A DNA stretch of 64,000 nt from Negaprion brevirostris (lineage: Eukaryota), in contig JARDVH010000167.1 of NCBI GenBank assembly GCA_030324005.1, forward strand, positions 15,100,431 through 15,164,430. The letters run 5' to 3'. Shown one piece after another: positions 49,861 through 62,501 of this stretch. The notes under the pieces were generated by a model. That model made no database searches. It saw nothing but the letters and a program-made list of their open reading frames with translations, and was not told the origin of the DNA. Both the position numbers and the translations under genes were made by a program. The first letter of the stretch is position 1. Every line of letters starts with the position of its first letter.

Positions 49861-50699
49861 AGTCTGCCGTTTGTACACAACAGAACTACTGTTCACATCA
49901 AAATTACACCTGTTGTGTACAGCTTCTGCTTGTTTCAGATGGAACTTTTGTCTCAAACCCACCTGAAATGTGCACCAATGAGTGGACATCCATTATATTG
50001 GAGATCCATTTTTCCATTTTTTACACTTTATCTGTGCCCTTTCTGGAATAAAAAAAAAACTAAAATGAAATATTTATACTTTAGTAATTGACTAATACAG
50101 AATGGGCTGTGCACATACAAATGAATAGCATTTGAAAGCACTCCAGCCACTTGATTGCAGCTTCCAAGTTCATGACGGTTTGTACAAGTATGGGCCAAGC
50201 TTAAATTGTTATATCAGTTACTTAATAGCTTTCATCTGCATGCCCTCTGGCAGGGTGCAGGTTGAGGTCTTGAATCACTTCTAGAGTGGAAATGTCTTTG
50301 GACATAATCCCAAGCCTTTTTGGTGTCATTCACCGCCGTCTGTCGTTCATCCCCTTGCATAACCCCTACAGAGCACCCTCATTGCATACCTCCCTCCTTA
50401 CATATTCCCCACAGAGTTCCTCCCCCTTGCATCTTCCCCGTCATAGCCCCATCCCCTTGGCACTGTCACAGCACAGCTATGGTGCGCAATGGACACTATC
50501 AGGGCCAGGAAGATGGCATTCAGTGTCATACTGGTTTGTGCCTGGCACAAACCAACTTATTGGCCTCTTCCCGGCTTGCCACAGCAATCAACTGGTACAG
50601 CAGGCCAATAAGATTGTGCTCTAACTGCAGAAGGAAGAAATTCCAAGTTCAGAAAGGTAAGAAATCTAACCATGATTGGTAGTTATGGGTTCAGTTCCC

Positions 50700-51010
50700 T
50701 TAAGTGTAGAATGAGGAATCAAATGTTAAACTGAGACCGCATTTGCTCTTTTGCATGCATGTAAAATATCCTAAATCATTATTTCAGAGTTTTCCTGAGT
50801 CCCCTAGCTAATGTTATTTATTCTTAACAAATGCCTAAAGACAGATTATTTGGTCTTATCACTGAACTGTTTGTAGGACCTTGCTATGCAGACATTGGTT
50901 GTTGCTTTTCCAAAATTGAAACAATGATGACCCTTCAGAAGTACATTTTTGATTTTATATTTAAATGTCTTTAGGTCACGAAAAATGGAAAATAAATGCA
51001 AGTCTTCTTT
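50700..51010 (+). mobile_element. DeuSINE (SacSINE1/AmnSINE1-related) remnant
   Basis: gttaaactgagacc..gtaaaatatcc Deu-domain-like core, acagattatttggtcttatc..ttgctatgc and L2-type tail aaatgcaagtct. Confidence 0.65.
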
Positions 51011-51525
51011 TGATAATTATTTGTGCACAATCAAGTCTCCCCAATTTAGGGCTAATAGTTCTAATTTCAGTTGTTAACATGTTACCATTCATCTTTCCAT
51101 TCGCAACTTTTACTGTCCTCCTCCATGCTGGCTATTCAAATGATTATGTAGTTCAGTTGATACATTTGAATCTGTGTATGTTTGCACAGTAACAAAGTAC
51201 ATAGGAATGGGAAAGCTCAAGAAAATTATGAATCAAGAAGCACCTCAGAATTCTGACAGGAAATCCACATCAGATTTTTTTTTGTTTTTATTCCAATTCA
51301 ATCAAATCAAGTCCAATTCAGAGTCTCAACAAATTGAGACACTCCTGGTCCAAGCTGACAAGACAGGGCTCTCACCTCCTGTCTTGGGCTTGATCTACAT
51401 GATCCAAGCTGATTGGAGTTGGCATNNNNNNNNNNNNNNNNNNNNNNNNNNNNNNNNNNNNNNNNNNNNNNNNNNNNNNNNNNNNNNNNNNNNNNNNNNN
51501 NNNNNNNNNNNNNNNNNNNNNNNNN

Positions 51526-51650
51526 TGGGAATAGAGGGATATGGTCCCCAGAAGGCTAGGGGGTTTTAGTTAAGTCAGGCAGCATGGTCAGTGTAGGTTT
51601 GGAGGGCCAAAGGGCCTGTTCCTGTGCTGTAATTTTCTTTGTTCTTTGAA
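51526..51650 (+). mobile_element. CR1 3' tail
   Basis: GIEGYG then gggccaaagggcctgttcctgtgctgta..ttctttgttctttg. Confidence 0.8.
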
Positions 51651-51781
51651 AGTTGATGACTAGGAATTTATAACTGAATCAAATGTTTCAAACTACAAAG
51701 CTTCATGACAAATAAGCAATTGGAATATGATGACATTTGATATTATACATGATTGAAACAAAACAAAAATTCAACTCATTT

Positions 51782-52165
51782 GGGGAGATGGTAGCATCGT
51801 GATGATGTTACTGGACTAGTAATCCAGATTCCCAGGCTAATCCTCTAGGGACATGGATTAAAATCCTCCCCATGGCAATTGGTGGAATTTAAATTCAATT
51901 ACTAAACTCTGGAATTGAAAGATAGTCTCAGGAATGGTAACCATGAAGCTGTCATTGATTGTCATCTAGTTCACTAATGTCCTTTAGGGAAGGAAATCTG
52001 CTGTCCTTATCTGATCTAGTCCACATGTGACTCCAGATCCACAGCAATGTGGTTGGTCCTTAACTGCTCTCTGAAATGGCCGAGAAAGTCCCTCTGTTCA
52101 AAGACAGTTGGGGATAGCCAAAAAATGAAAGCTTTAGCAGCAAGCCCACATCCCATAAAAGAATA
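51782..52165 (+). mobile_element. tRNA-derived SINE, same family as 4620-4922
   Basis: Shared core agggaaggaaatctgc..acatgtgactccaga and tail gcccacatccca. Confidence 0.8.
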
Positions 52166-52391
52166 TTTTTTTAAAAACTGCATGGAACAGTTCTGATCAA
52201 TGCAATCCCATTAACGATAACTCTTTTCACATGAGAGTAGTGGGAAACTAGGCATCAAATTTCACCCACTGTCTGATTGGCAGGTTATAGAGCTCAATTG
52301 GAAAGAAACATGGCACAAAGTCCCAAAGTGGTTATTAAAAGAAAAAGGAAAACATGTTGGTAAGATATCATATCTACTCCATGTGACTAAT

Positions 52392-52525
52392 CATCTATTT
52401 TTAAGATGAACATAAGGCAGTTAAGGTCATAGAGCAAATGAACAATCACATATACCATCATCTATTTTTAAGATGAACATAAGGCAGTTAAGGTCATAGA
52501 GCAAATGAACAATCACATATACCAT
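52392..52525 (+). repeat. Perfect 67-bp tandem duplication
   Basis: 52392-52458 is identical to 52459-52525. Confidence 0.95.
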
Positions 52526-52726
52526 AGCTAGTACTACTATTAGAAATATGTACCTTCCATTACTGTTCAAATATCAACCATTTTATTCACTTTGCTCCGT
52601 GAAATTTAACCTCACGTATTTGGTGAAATTGGCAGAATTGTATCAAGCATTCATAGAAGGGAAAGGACATTTTCCTTTCTAATAAATTATAATGGTTTGA
52701 AATCTACAACCTTGCCTGTGTTTCTA

Positions 52727-53477
52727 CAGTAAATAACATATTCTGAATTTCTCTAAAGCAAAGCCACTTCTGGATATTCAGTCATGATATTTCAATATCA
52801 TTTAGCACATTTTTGAAAAGATATTCCACAACAAATGCAATTTTGAGAATATCGTGGTTTTTAACCACACAAAACTGTAATATGGTAATTTGATGCATGC
52901 AACAAAACAGATCGACCAGAGATACTTTCCCATGAGCCATGAGCAATTTAAAAATAAACCAAACATTGATCTCACCAACAATGAATGTTTGCTGTAACCA
53001 AGGCAACTCCCTTGCCATTGCTGCAAATTAGCTTTCTGGAGCATTCATTCCCAATATTAAAATAAAACTAGGGCTATGTTGCTGACCCACAAATAAAACA
53101 TCAGCCACCCACAACAACTTGACAGGAATGTGACCAAAATAGGGATAGACAAACTTCAACAATTGTTCTCCATTGACCAAGACATGCATTTCCTTTTTTA
53201 ACAGCCATTTTTTGATGACCAACTGTTGACTGTTGCAAATGTTGACCTCAAGAGCATAAGTACTTTAAAAGTCCCAATTTATTATTATACACAACTCAAA
53301 ATCATACAAGAAATTAACTAAGAACTCCTGTAATTCAAACTCAGCCTCGGACTCTGGATATCCTGTGCTCCAATCTAACACAATGTCTGTCTTGTCAAGA
53401 TCCATCAGGTGCAATCTTACTGGCTCACAGCACTGGTTGGTCAGCATGGCAAGCTGGGGAGATTGCGTGGAAACCAA
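52727..53477 (-). pseudogene. Decayed reading frame of unknown origin
   Basis: Track ORFs 53265-53477, 53028-53222 and 52782-53018 share one frame and are separated only by single stops. Confidence 0.45.
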
Positions 53478-53794
53478 AAATCCAATTTGCGATTTCCTGG
53501 CCCCTGTTTACCAGTGAGAACAGCTCTGCACCCAGAAAGGACGCAAAGCCGATTAGCATAAAAATGATGCTCCTGCATTCATCAGGGCGGACTCATGATG
53601 GGGGGGGCATTCAAGGGGGGGCTGCACACAGGGCTGGGCGCAGGAGGGTGTTGTGACAGAGGGCATGTCAGTGATCTATCAGGGGTCTCATTGGNNNNNN
53701 NNNNNNNNNNNNNNNNNNNNNNNNNNNNNNNNNNNNNNNNNNNNNNNNNNNNNNNNNNNNNNNNNNNNNNNNNNNNNNNNNNNNNNNNNNNNNN

Positions 53795-54000
53795 TTTCTA
53801 CCTCCCTCTCTACTCCGACTAAAGCATTTGTACCCCGGGACCTGCAACATCCATTCCTGACCCTGCTCTATGGTGCATGAGCACTCTGAAGCCGGATTGC
53901 CCAGCATACTTAGGCTCTGCTGCACCCTCCACCCTGACACAAAGCTCCCAACTATCAGAATAGCTGACAAGGTGCCGGAAGATTGCAGTGCCGAGCTCAC
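53795..54000 (-). mobile_element. CR1 fragment (ORF1 piece joined to ORF2 endonuclease start)
   Basis: QGQEWMLQVPGYKCFSRSREGGR. Confidence 0.75.
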
Positions 54001-54315
54001 CCATCATGTTGCAGAATCACATCAGAATGCAAGGCTCCAACAATCTACAGTCTCTGGATAAAATGTGAGAAAGCTCTGAAACAGGAGAATGGCAGAGATG
54101 GCTATGGGTAATGCAAGGGTCTTGACAACCAAACACATCCATTTTCTGCAGCTCCTTGCTCAAGTGATTGTAAATGTTGTAGAATGTAAGACTCAGGCAG
54201 CCACTACAGTAATTCATGTTTTGACTTGCCATGGCTGATACCTGAGCAAGATATTATACTCAAAACCCTACTATGACTGTTCAAGGCAGTTCTTGTTCAT
54301 ATGCAACCATTACGA

Positions 54316-54630
54316 GCGACATGGTGGTACAGTAGTTAGCACTGCTGCCTCACAGCTCCAGAGGCCTGGATTTGATTCCCGGTTTGGGTGACTGTCTGTG
54401 TGGAGTTTGCACATTCTCCCATGTATGTGTGGTTTTCCTCAGAATGCTCCAGTTTCCTCCCACAGTCCAAAGATGCGCAGGTTAGGTGGATTGGTCTTGT
54501 TAAGTTGCTCTTCAGTGATTGGGGGACTAGCTCGGGTAAATGCATGGGGTTATGGGGATAAGGTATGGGTGGGATTGTGGTCAGTGCAGCCTCAATGGGC
54601 TGACTGCACCATCAATTATAGATTCTATTT
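54316..54630 (+). mobile_element. HE1-type V-SINE with CR1-like tail
   Basis: Head ggtggtacagtagttagcactgctgcctcacag, V-domain, gattcta tail. Confidence 0.9.
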
Positions 54631-56169
54631 TATAATTAAGAGATGATGCTGATCTCAGAAAAAGGTCTAAAAGGGCACTTCAATACTCAGGTCCAAGTGA
54701 CGAAAAATGTTTGAGGGGAGATTACATACTCTGGGAATGTATTTCACTCACAGAATGAACGCATTACTTTTTACCTGTGTTTATTGACTTCTTTAAAATA
54801 GGGACTTAAAAGTTTTAGGCAATGATTCCTATTCTATCAAAAGGAGAAATCATTTTTAAAATTTTTGCTGACCTTTGATTCCATAGGTATCAACAGCCCA
54901 CCCAAAGGAGCTGCTTTTTTAAGAATGTAGATCTTGAAAGGTTGATGATTTATTGTATCTTGTTATCATAGAAGTCACATATAATGTCTCTTATAGGTCT
55001 AAAGTTGTTTTGAGAGTCAGTCAGTTCATTTTCTGCATTTTACAAGGGACATCCTATTGATGAATGAGTTGAAATTTATAAATTGCCCGGTTTCTTCAAT
55101 AAAAGGATGATGGTAGTCAAAGAAGACAAAACCTGCAGTACAGCTGCTTGGTACGACTTTGTATGTATGCACCGATCAACTTATGGTGCCGAAAGAACCA
55201 CGAGGTAGGCTTGTTAACTTAAACACTGGAGTGCTCTTTATTACAGGTGTGCCCTGTTCCACAGTTAGATTTAAGACCCTCCAGTGTCATGTGATCCACA
55301 CTCTTAAAAAGGCAGGACACAATCCAAACTCCAACACACATTGTACACCTATATCACACCCATTATATTTTGGAGCCCTTTAATCCAATACTTCCCAGCT
55401 GAAATACATATATGCATATAATGGAGAAACATGTATACACATAATGGAGAATATTTACACAGAGCTTTGTAAACTACTGCAGTCCTTCAGACAGTTCACA
55501 TGGACATAATGAGTCTCGACTGTTTCCTTGTTTCAGGAAACTTTACCTGAGTGTTCTTCTGGGATTCAGGAAGATCCTGCTGCTCAGCGTGGAGATCCTC
55601 TCAGGGAGGCTATAGGTTGCTGGTGCCGCTGATGCTACGTGCTCCCTTGGGGTGACCGACTCAGACTCGGAAATTCTAGGCTCAGGCAATATCAATGGGG
55701 CCATCCTGCACGATTCTTTCGTTTGTGGGGCTTCCCACCTTTGATGCAGTGCTGTGACCAATTGGTCAGCATGTCTGCTCCAAACCAGCTCATCCCTGGT
55801 GTAGGATGAGAGTCCCGTTTTTGCAACAATGGTAGCCGGTATCCACTTCTCCCCAAAAGGGTAATTCCTGGCCAGAACAAACTCCCCTTTCTGAAAAGTC
55901 CTCAACTTCACACTTCCTCCTCTTCTGCCATCCGTTCCTCTTGGTTCCACTCAACCATTTCTCTGGTCTCCTCCAACCACAGCAGGTTAAACATGGTCCT
56001 CAATTTCTAGTTGAACATCAATAAAGTCGGCGAGCACTGGACCCAGAAATGTATTTACCCACTGCCCTAGTGACCCTTTGTCTTGTAATGACTTCGGGGA
56101 GTTTTTCACTGTCTGGACAAATTGTTCAGTCAGACCATTTGTTGCCAGGTGATACAGTGCTGACACCAT

Positions 56170-56796
56170 GGCTGTGAATCTCCCATCCTGACCCGCTAAT
56201 TTTTTGGCAGGTTAGGCCAGAGAATTGCACATGCACCGATTCACATATGCGTTCCCGATGCAGCACATCTCCCAGCGACAGATATTTGGTGCGGTAGGGA
56301 CCATTCAGGTAACCGGTGGGAACAGCAGGTAATTAATTTTAATCTTATTTGAATGTGATTATCAGGCCCAGGAACGAATTTTCCGGGTCCAATAACATCT
56401 CCCGCCCCGCCAGTACAATTTCACTCCCGAGTTTAGAGTTGCTTTCGGGGAACTACCAGGAGACCCCACTGGATTGAAGGGGAGGGGGTGGCAATCAGGA
56501 TCGCCAGGGGGTTGGGTGCTGGGGAGTGGTGCTNNNNNNNNNNGGCACAGGCACCCAGGCAGTGTCCAAGAGGCAAAGTGCCCATGCCCAGAAGGCACCT
56601 TGCCTGCCCACTGAGCTCTGGGCAGTGCCAAGGGAGAAGGACCTAAGGGGCAGTGCCTAGAGGAAGGGGCTCAGGGGTGATTGGTGGGGTTAGGGGTCCC
56701 TGTGCCACTCTGCATCGGGAGCTGGTTAAGACTGGAGGGAGACCAGAAATCAGGGCTGGCTGGGGGTGGTGATTCTCTTTTAGGAGAATTGCCTCC
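56170..56796. mobile_element. Harbinger-type MITE inserted in the Gypsy integrase
   Basis: Imperfect TIRs ggctgtgaatctcc / ggagaattgcctcc; 3-bp flanks cat/tat; splits GIRHI/MVSALYH. Confidence 0.75.
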
Positions 56797-58912
56797 TATA
56801 TGTCTGATTCCATAGTGCTGCATGTACTCAAAGTCTTGTGCTACAAAGTGGGGTCCATTGTCACTGGCCACTTATTCTGGATTACCCACAGGCAAATATT
56901 TCATTGAGTTTGTCCAGCGTTGACTCTGCTGACATGGACTTCATAGCCAAGACCACTGACCACTTGGAGTGGGCATCCACTATGATTAAGAGCATCTGCC
57001 CTTCCACTGAACCAACAAAGTCAATATGAATTCATTGCCACAGCAATTGGGGCCATTCCCAAGGATGAAGAGGTGATGAGGGCAGTGCCTTCTGTACCAA
57101 AGCACAGGACTCACATGATCCTGCATCTTCTTCAATTTCTGCATCAATATACGACCACCAAAAATAACTTCTTGCCATTTTTTTTCCATTTGCACCACTC
57201 CGGAAGCCCTAACCATAACCCTAACCTTTCCTCTTAATGATAGGAGAATGATGATTCTCATACCCCATATTAAACATCCATCCAATACAGGCAACTCCCA
57301 TTTGGGGTCATATATAGCTAAATGTCCAGGTAGCTTCTTCGGCTTGACCTCCCTTGCACGACTAGGTCCAGTACCTGGCTCATAATCAGATCATCTCAAG
57401 TGGCAGTCCACACCTGGTGAAGTACATTATCTTCAGNNNNNNNNNNNNNNNNNNNNNNNNNNNNNNNNNNNNNNNNNNNNNNNNNNNNNNNNNNNNNNNN
57501 NNNNNNNNNNNNNNNNNNNNNNNNNNNNNNNNNNNNAGAGCATCCGCATTGCTGTGTTTCTCGGACTGGCAGTACCAGACTTCATATGCCTAGGCTGAGA
57601 ACATCAATGCACACCTTTGCAATCGAGCTACCGCCATGGACAGTATTCCTGTGTATGGCCCTAAGATGGATGTCGAAGGCCTATGGTCTGTCAAAAGTAC
57701 AAATTGTCTGCCGTGTAGGAAGTGATAAATTTATTCACACCAAAGATGCAAGCCTTCTTTTTCCAGATGAGCATATTTTTCCTCAGCCTTTTTCAACGAC
57801 CTTGATGGGTCTTTCCCCACCGTTTGGCATAATATGGAAAGGACAGCCCCAACCCCAACCCCATAGGACAAGGCACCGCATGCAAGTTGCATGGGTTGAA
57901 ATCAACTCGCACTTCCAATCTCTTCACAGCCTGCTTTACCATCAAGCAGGCTTCCTCACATTCCATGGTCTACTTCCATGGCTGCCCTTTTCCCAGTGAC
58001 TGATGCATTGGTTTCAAAACTGTCACAAGAACCCCAAACAAACTTGATGTAATCATTAATATGTCCTAAAAACAATCTCAACCACATTTTCTGGTCCTGT
58101 GGCCTTCATATTGGCCTCATCTTCTTAGATGCTTTGTGTAACCCTCGTCATAAATTACATGGCCTTGGTACTCAATTGGGTCCTTAAAGAACACGCATTT
58201 CTTTCTTTTGACTTGTAGATTGTATGCCTGCAACTCCTTTAAGGTGTCCTCCAAGTCCTTTGAATGCTTCTCCTCTGTTGAAACCGTGACTAAGATACTG
58301 TCACACTGGACCCCTGTAAACTCACTTAAGATTTGGTCCATGGCCCCCTGAAAAGAGCCAGAGCTGATATAATGCCAAAAGGAAGCTGCTGAAAGCAGAA
58401 CATGTCCCTGTGTGTGACGATTCTTAGTGGTGGCTGTGAATCCTTCACTACCCCCATCTGCAAATAGGCCTGCAATAGGTCCATTTTAGAGAATTTCTTT
58501 CCCCGTGCCAGGCTATTGAAAAGGTGCTCGATGAGAGGAAGCAGGTATTGATCCACACACAGGGCTGGGTTTCCTGTCACTTTAAAATCCCCACAAATTT
58601 TCACTGATCCATCTCATTTTAAGACTGTAACAATTGGGGAGGCCCACTCACTGGTGTTCACTGGTTCCAATGCATCCAGATCCACCAATGTTTCAATTTA
58701 GCCTCCACTTTAGGCTTAATGGCAAATGGACATACCTTTAAACTACTAAAACAAGCATTCAGCTAGCCATAATTTAACCTTGACGTCCTTACCTCTCCAA
58801 GCGTTCTTTGAAAGACATCCTTAAATTTTCCTAAAACTTAACCTTGTTTTTGAGTCCACCAGTCTATTAAACACACCACCAGTTCAATTTTAATTCTGGA
58901 GTGTCCAAACAT

Positions 58913-59116
58913 AATGTGGAGTTGCCGGCATCGGACTGGGGTAAACACAGTAAGAAGTCTCACAACACCAAGTTAAAGTCCAACAGGTTTATTTGGTAGT
59001 AAAAGCCAGTAGCTTTCAGAGCTTTCCTGATGAAGGAGCAGTGCTCCGAACGCTGGTGGCTTTTGCTACCAAATAAACCAGGACTTTACCCTGGTGTTGT
59101 GAGACTTCTTACTGTG
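58913..59116. mobile_element. Palindromic Penelope-derived mini-element with hammerhead core
   Basis: Inverted arms 58946-59022 and 59043-59116; ctgatga-a-ggagc-agt-gctcc-gaac at 59027-59051; flanking repeat gtgtccaaa(c/t)at. Confidence 0.85.
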
Positions 59117-61816
59117 TCCAAATATTACAGAGTAGTCACCTTTTACCACATAAAGTGGTTATTTTGCACACTGGTCCCTCAAATGTACCCCTTAAGGGGT
59201 GCCACTTACTCTATGTGTTCGTAATGTGGCCTTGGCAGACTTTAATGGCGGAGCATTTAACTTCTCCCTGCATACTGATTTGCGTATCAAGAACACCACC
59301 ATCTCTGTATCAACTTCCATTTTCAAGCTTTTCTCTTCCAGTTTAGGGAGAACCCAGGGTTTCACCTAGTACCAACAGAATGTTCAGCCCGAGCTGTTGT
59401 TTCTCTGGACCATCTGCTTCCCCTGCAGACCTGATTGACTCACTATCATTTCCATGGCTGGCAACTTTTGCCCTTCAAAAAGCTTGCTTTCCTCTCTCTC
59501 TCTGGGTTTCATTGCACCTGGCAATTACAGGGAATGTGACCAACTCGCTTGCACTTGCGACATAGGGCCAACAGTTTGGCTCCCTGTGGCCTGTCTTGCC
59601 ACATCAGCAGCATTCTGCTTGCAGCATCGAACTCTGTGGGGTTTATGACCCTGTGCACCCAGGTGCTGACACTAACTGTGCTGCTTCTCCAGCAGCTAAC
59701 CCCATCAAAGTTGCAATCTCCACGTGGACTTAAACGTTAAATTATTTTCAGCTCATGTCCATTGAATTGCTTCATGCCGGAGGCCACAAAGCAGCTGGCC
59801 CCATAAGGCACCCTGGAGTATGTTTCCAAACTCGCAGTGCTCTGCTCATCTCTTCAGAGATGTCACGAATTAAGCAATGGATTCCCCTTTGAGTTGGTCA
59901 CACTTTTAAATTCTGAACTGCTCTGCAATCATGGCTTGGAAGCCAAATGAGTTTTTAATACATTGCACAATTCTTGGTACATCTTTTCAATCGATTTTTC
60001 AGATTGTACCAAACTTCTTAAAACAGGAAAGGTCTTACTCCCCATGGTACTTAAGAAAATCAGTATAACCACGTCATCGCCCATCTAATTACCATCAGAT
60101 AAGCACTGAAGCACTCTATATAAGGTATCCAGCTCGCAGCCTCTTCATTGAAAGGCCCTATAGCCCTAAATTGGGCCACCATTTTGTTTTGCCACCATGT
60201 AATTTTTTTCCCGCCATACATGTCTAGGAATGAAGCTTCCTCCCCCATCACTGGCAGCTGCGCACAGCACAAGTTGCCTCGGAGACCGCTCCCGCCGTGA
60301 TGGCCACTCCCTCGATGACTGTGACTAGCACACCCTCCCACTGTCGACAGTTGCCCAAGTCCTCTTGGCGACTGCTTCCCATGATGTTTTCGGCTGGCTC
60401 CCACACAAGTATGGTCCTCCCCCGATGGACTGTTCAAACCAAGCAACAGTGGTCGGAACCCTCCGGCCCATTCTTCAAATGGTTGCCACACTTCGGTTCC
60501 TTTCCAGCACCATCCTACGAAGTCCAGGACGATGCTCGATTCCCTCCCACTTCATCAGAACAGACTACCAACAGAATGCATCTTTGTTGCCAGTTATGAT
60601 GTATGCACCAATTGACTTTATAGTCCCCAATAAAAAACACAGGGGAGGCTTGGTAACTTGAACACTGGGGACAAATTCATTGCAGGTGTGCACTGTTCCA
60701 CAGTCAGATCTAAGACTGCACAACCGGGTCCTGCATTGGAAGGAGCTAATCCCCAGGGTCACCCCTCTTAAAGGGGCGTACACACCCCAAATCCCAAAAT
60801 ACATTAAGGCATATATCACACAACTCAGATCGTCAACATTACAGGTCAGGCAACTTGAAGTTGTAGATTTTAAATTAATTCTGTCAGTGAACTGGAGTAT
60901 TTCTGATCTCAGTGCCATGATTTTAAGTGTGTTCACAGACACTCAGGAATGCAGAAACAGCAATCTAATCTACTTTGATCAGTTGGAGCTTAATTGCTGA
61001 TTTACTAACAGACTCACCAACCTGTTTACAATGTTGAGCACAGCTGTTGAAAACCTCTATTTCCAAAGCACATTGTTTCAATGCACAGTAAATTCAGGGA
61101 AAGATCAAAGGAGCCCTCAATTTCAAGCAATACTTAAGAGGTAGCAGGCAAGGATAGTGTGGTGGAAATATTTTTTAAATGAACATAGATCCCATTATAA
61201 GGCCAGAGCTTAACATGAAACCCTTTGTTGAAGCTACTGTACTGTTGCCTCATATACCTGAATATTTCAATGCTTTATTCAGCAAACTTCCTGTTATTCA
61301 GCGCACAAGTAACTGGAATTCTCTACTGACCATGATTTCTGATGTTCCGTTAATACAAAACATCACTTTACCAACCAGAAGCAATTCTGATGTTGTCCAG
61401 AACCTGTACTTGTGTGCTGTATTATTTTATACTTTATATTTTCATGTACTGTTGAAGATTAGATGTCGAATGACACTGTCCTTTATTTCCTGAGTACTTG
61501 AATATTAGTTCATCGTACAAGTTTTGCCCGGATTCCAATGGTAACTGAAATTCTGTTAACCGGCACAACCTGTTCTCTGCGCTTGCTGAATAATAAAGAT
61601 TTTATTGTAATTATTCTGTTGAAAGTTATCATAACATGTAAATGCTAGGTTGTTCAAGATACTGAGCATTTTTAAATCTTCCAAGCTATCATTGATCAGC
61701 TGTTAGTTAGTGGGCATTTCAGTGATCATGAATCAATTGAAATACTTTCAGGTTTTTTTCAGGTGGTCAGGTTTTGGCTGATTTTAGTCCTGAATTGGAT
61801 CAGAATCTCATGTAAT

Positions 61817-62110
61817 GGGCGCAATTTTCCCCAAAAAATTTGATATGCTCAACAGACGGGAAAACCTCATCTTTTCCAGCCTGTTTTTCTGTCGAGCTTA
61901 GTGTAATTGAATTTACAGTACTCTGTACAGCACAAGCTGTCGTGAGTTTTATGGGGACAGAGGGCTGAGGGGGGAGGGGGCAAGCGGCAGAGCCTAATCT
62001 CATTCAAGAGGCCCGCAGCAGACTGCTCAGGGGGCTATTGAGCATGCTCCAGTATTGCAATATTCTGGGACATCAGTTGACATGCCCCCTCCAACAACCA
62101 CCACTGTCAA
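61817..62110 (+). mobile_element. Harbinger-type terminal fragment
   Basis: Starts gggcgcaattttccc, similar to other TIRs in the window. Confidence 0.55.
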
Positions 62111-62501
62111 CCATGTTGTAATATGGTGTCACTCCTAAGCATCATGTTATATTACGGGTTCATCTGTGGTGTCTCAGTTATGAGGAGCTTGAAACTTGCA
62201 TGTTTAAACATGAACAATTCATTATTAATCTTTAACTATTTACAGATTCCAGCTATTGTCTTGCATGGTATGTTTGATGCAGACTGCTTCCAGAGTGTTC
62301 TGTCAATCTATTACCATGTGACTCTATACATCGTACCATGGATTTTGCTGTTACCCAGTCCCAGGTTAATCACTACTCTGCCATGCATCTTTATATTACA
62401 ATGGCATGCAGGCAAATAATACAGTGGCAAAACCATCACTGAATCCCCCACAATCAAAATCCTGTGACCACTTCTGACCAGAAACTGAAATTCATCAACC
62501 A

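Larger units (their letters stand above)
55159..60820 (-). mobile_element. Full-span degenerate Ty3/Gypsy LTR retrotransposon
   Basis: LTRs about 55159-55358 and 60593-60820 (both begin tgtgatat on minus); PBS tggcaacaaagatg (decayed tggcgacgaggatg); gag IGPFNEE..W..YIE; RT KICGDFKVT..FSKMDLLQAYLQ..LPFGI; integrase SDNGPHF, YHLATNGLTE; possible TSD cgact/caact. Confidence 0.93.

Noticed and set aside
61049-61069. Translation ENLYFQS (TEV protease site)
   Set aside because: No vector context; treated as coincidence
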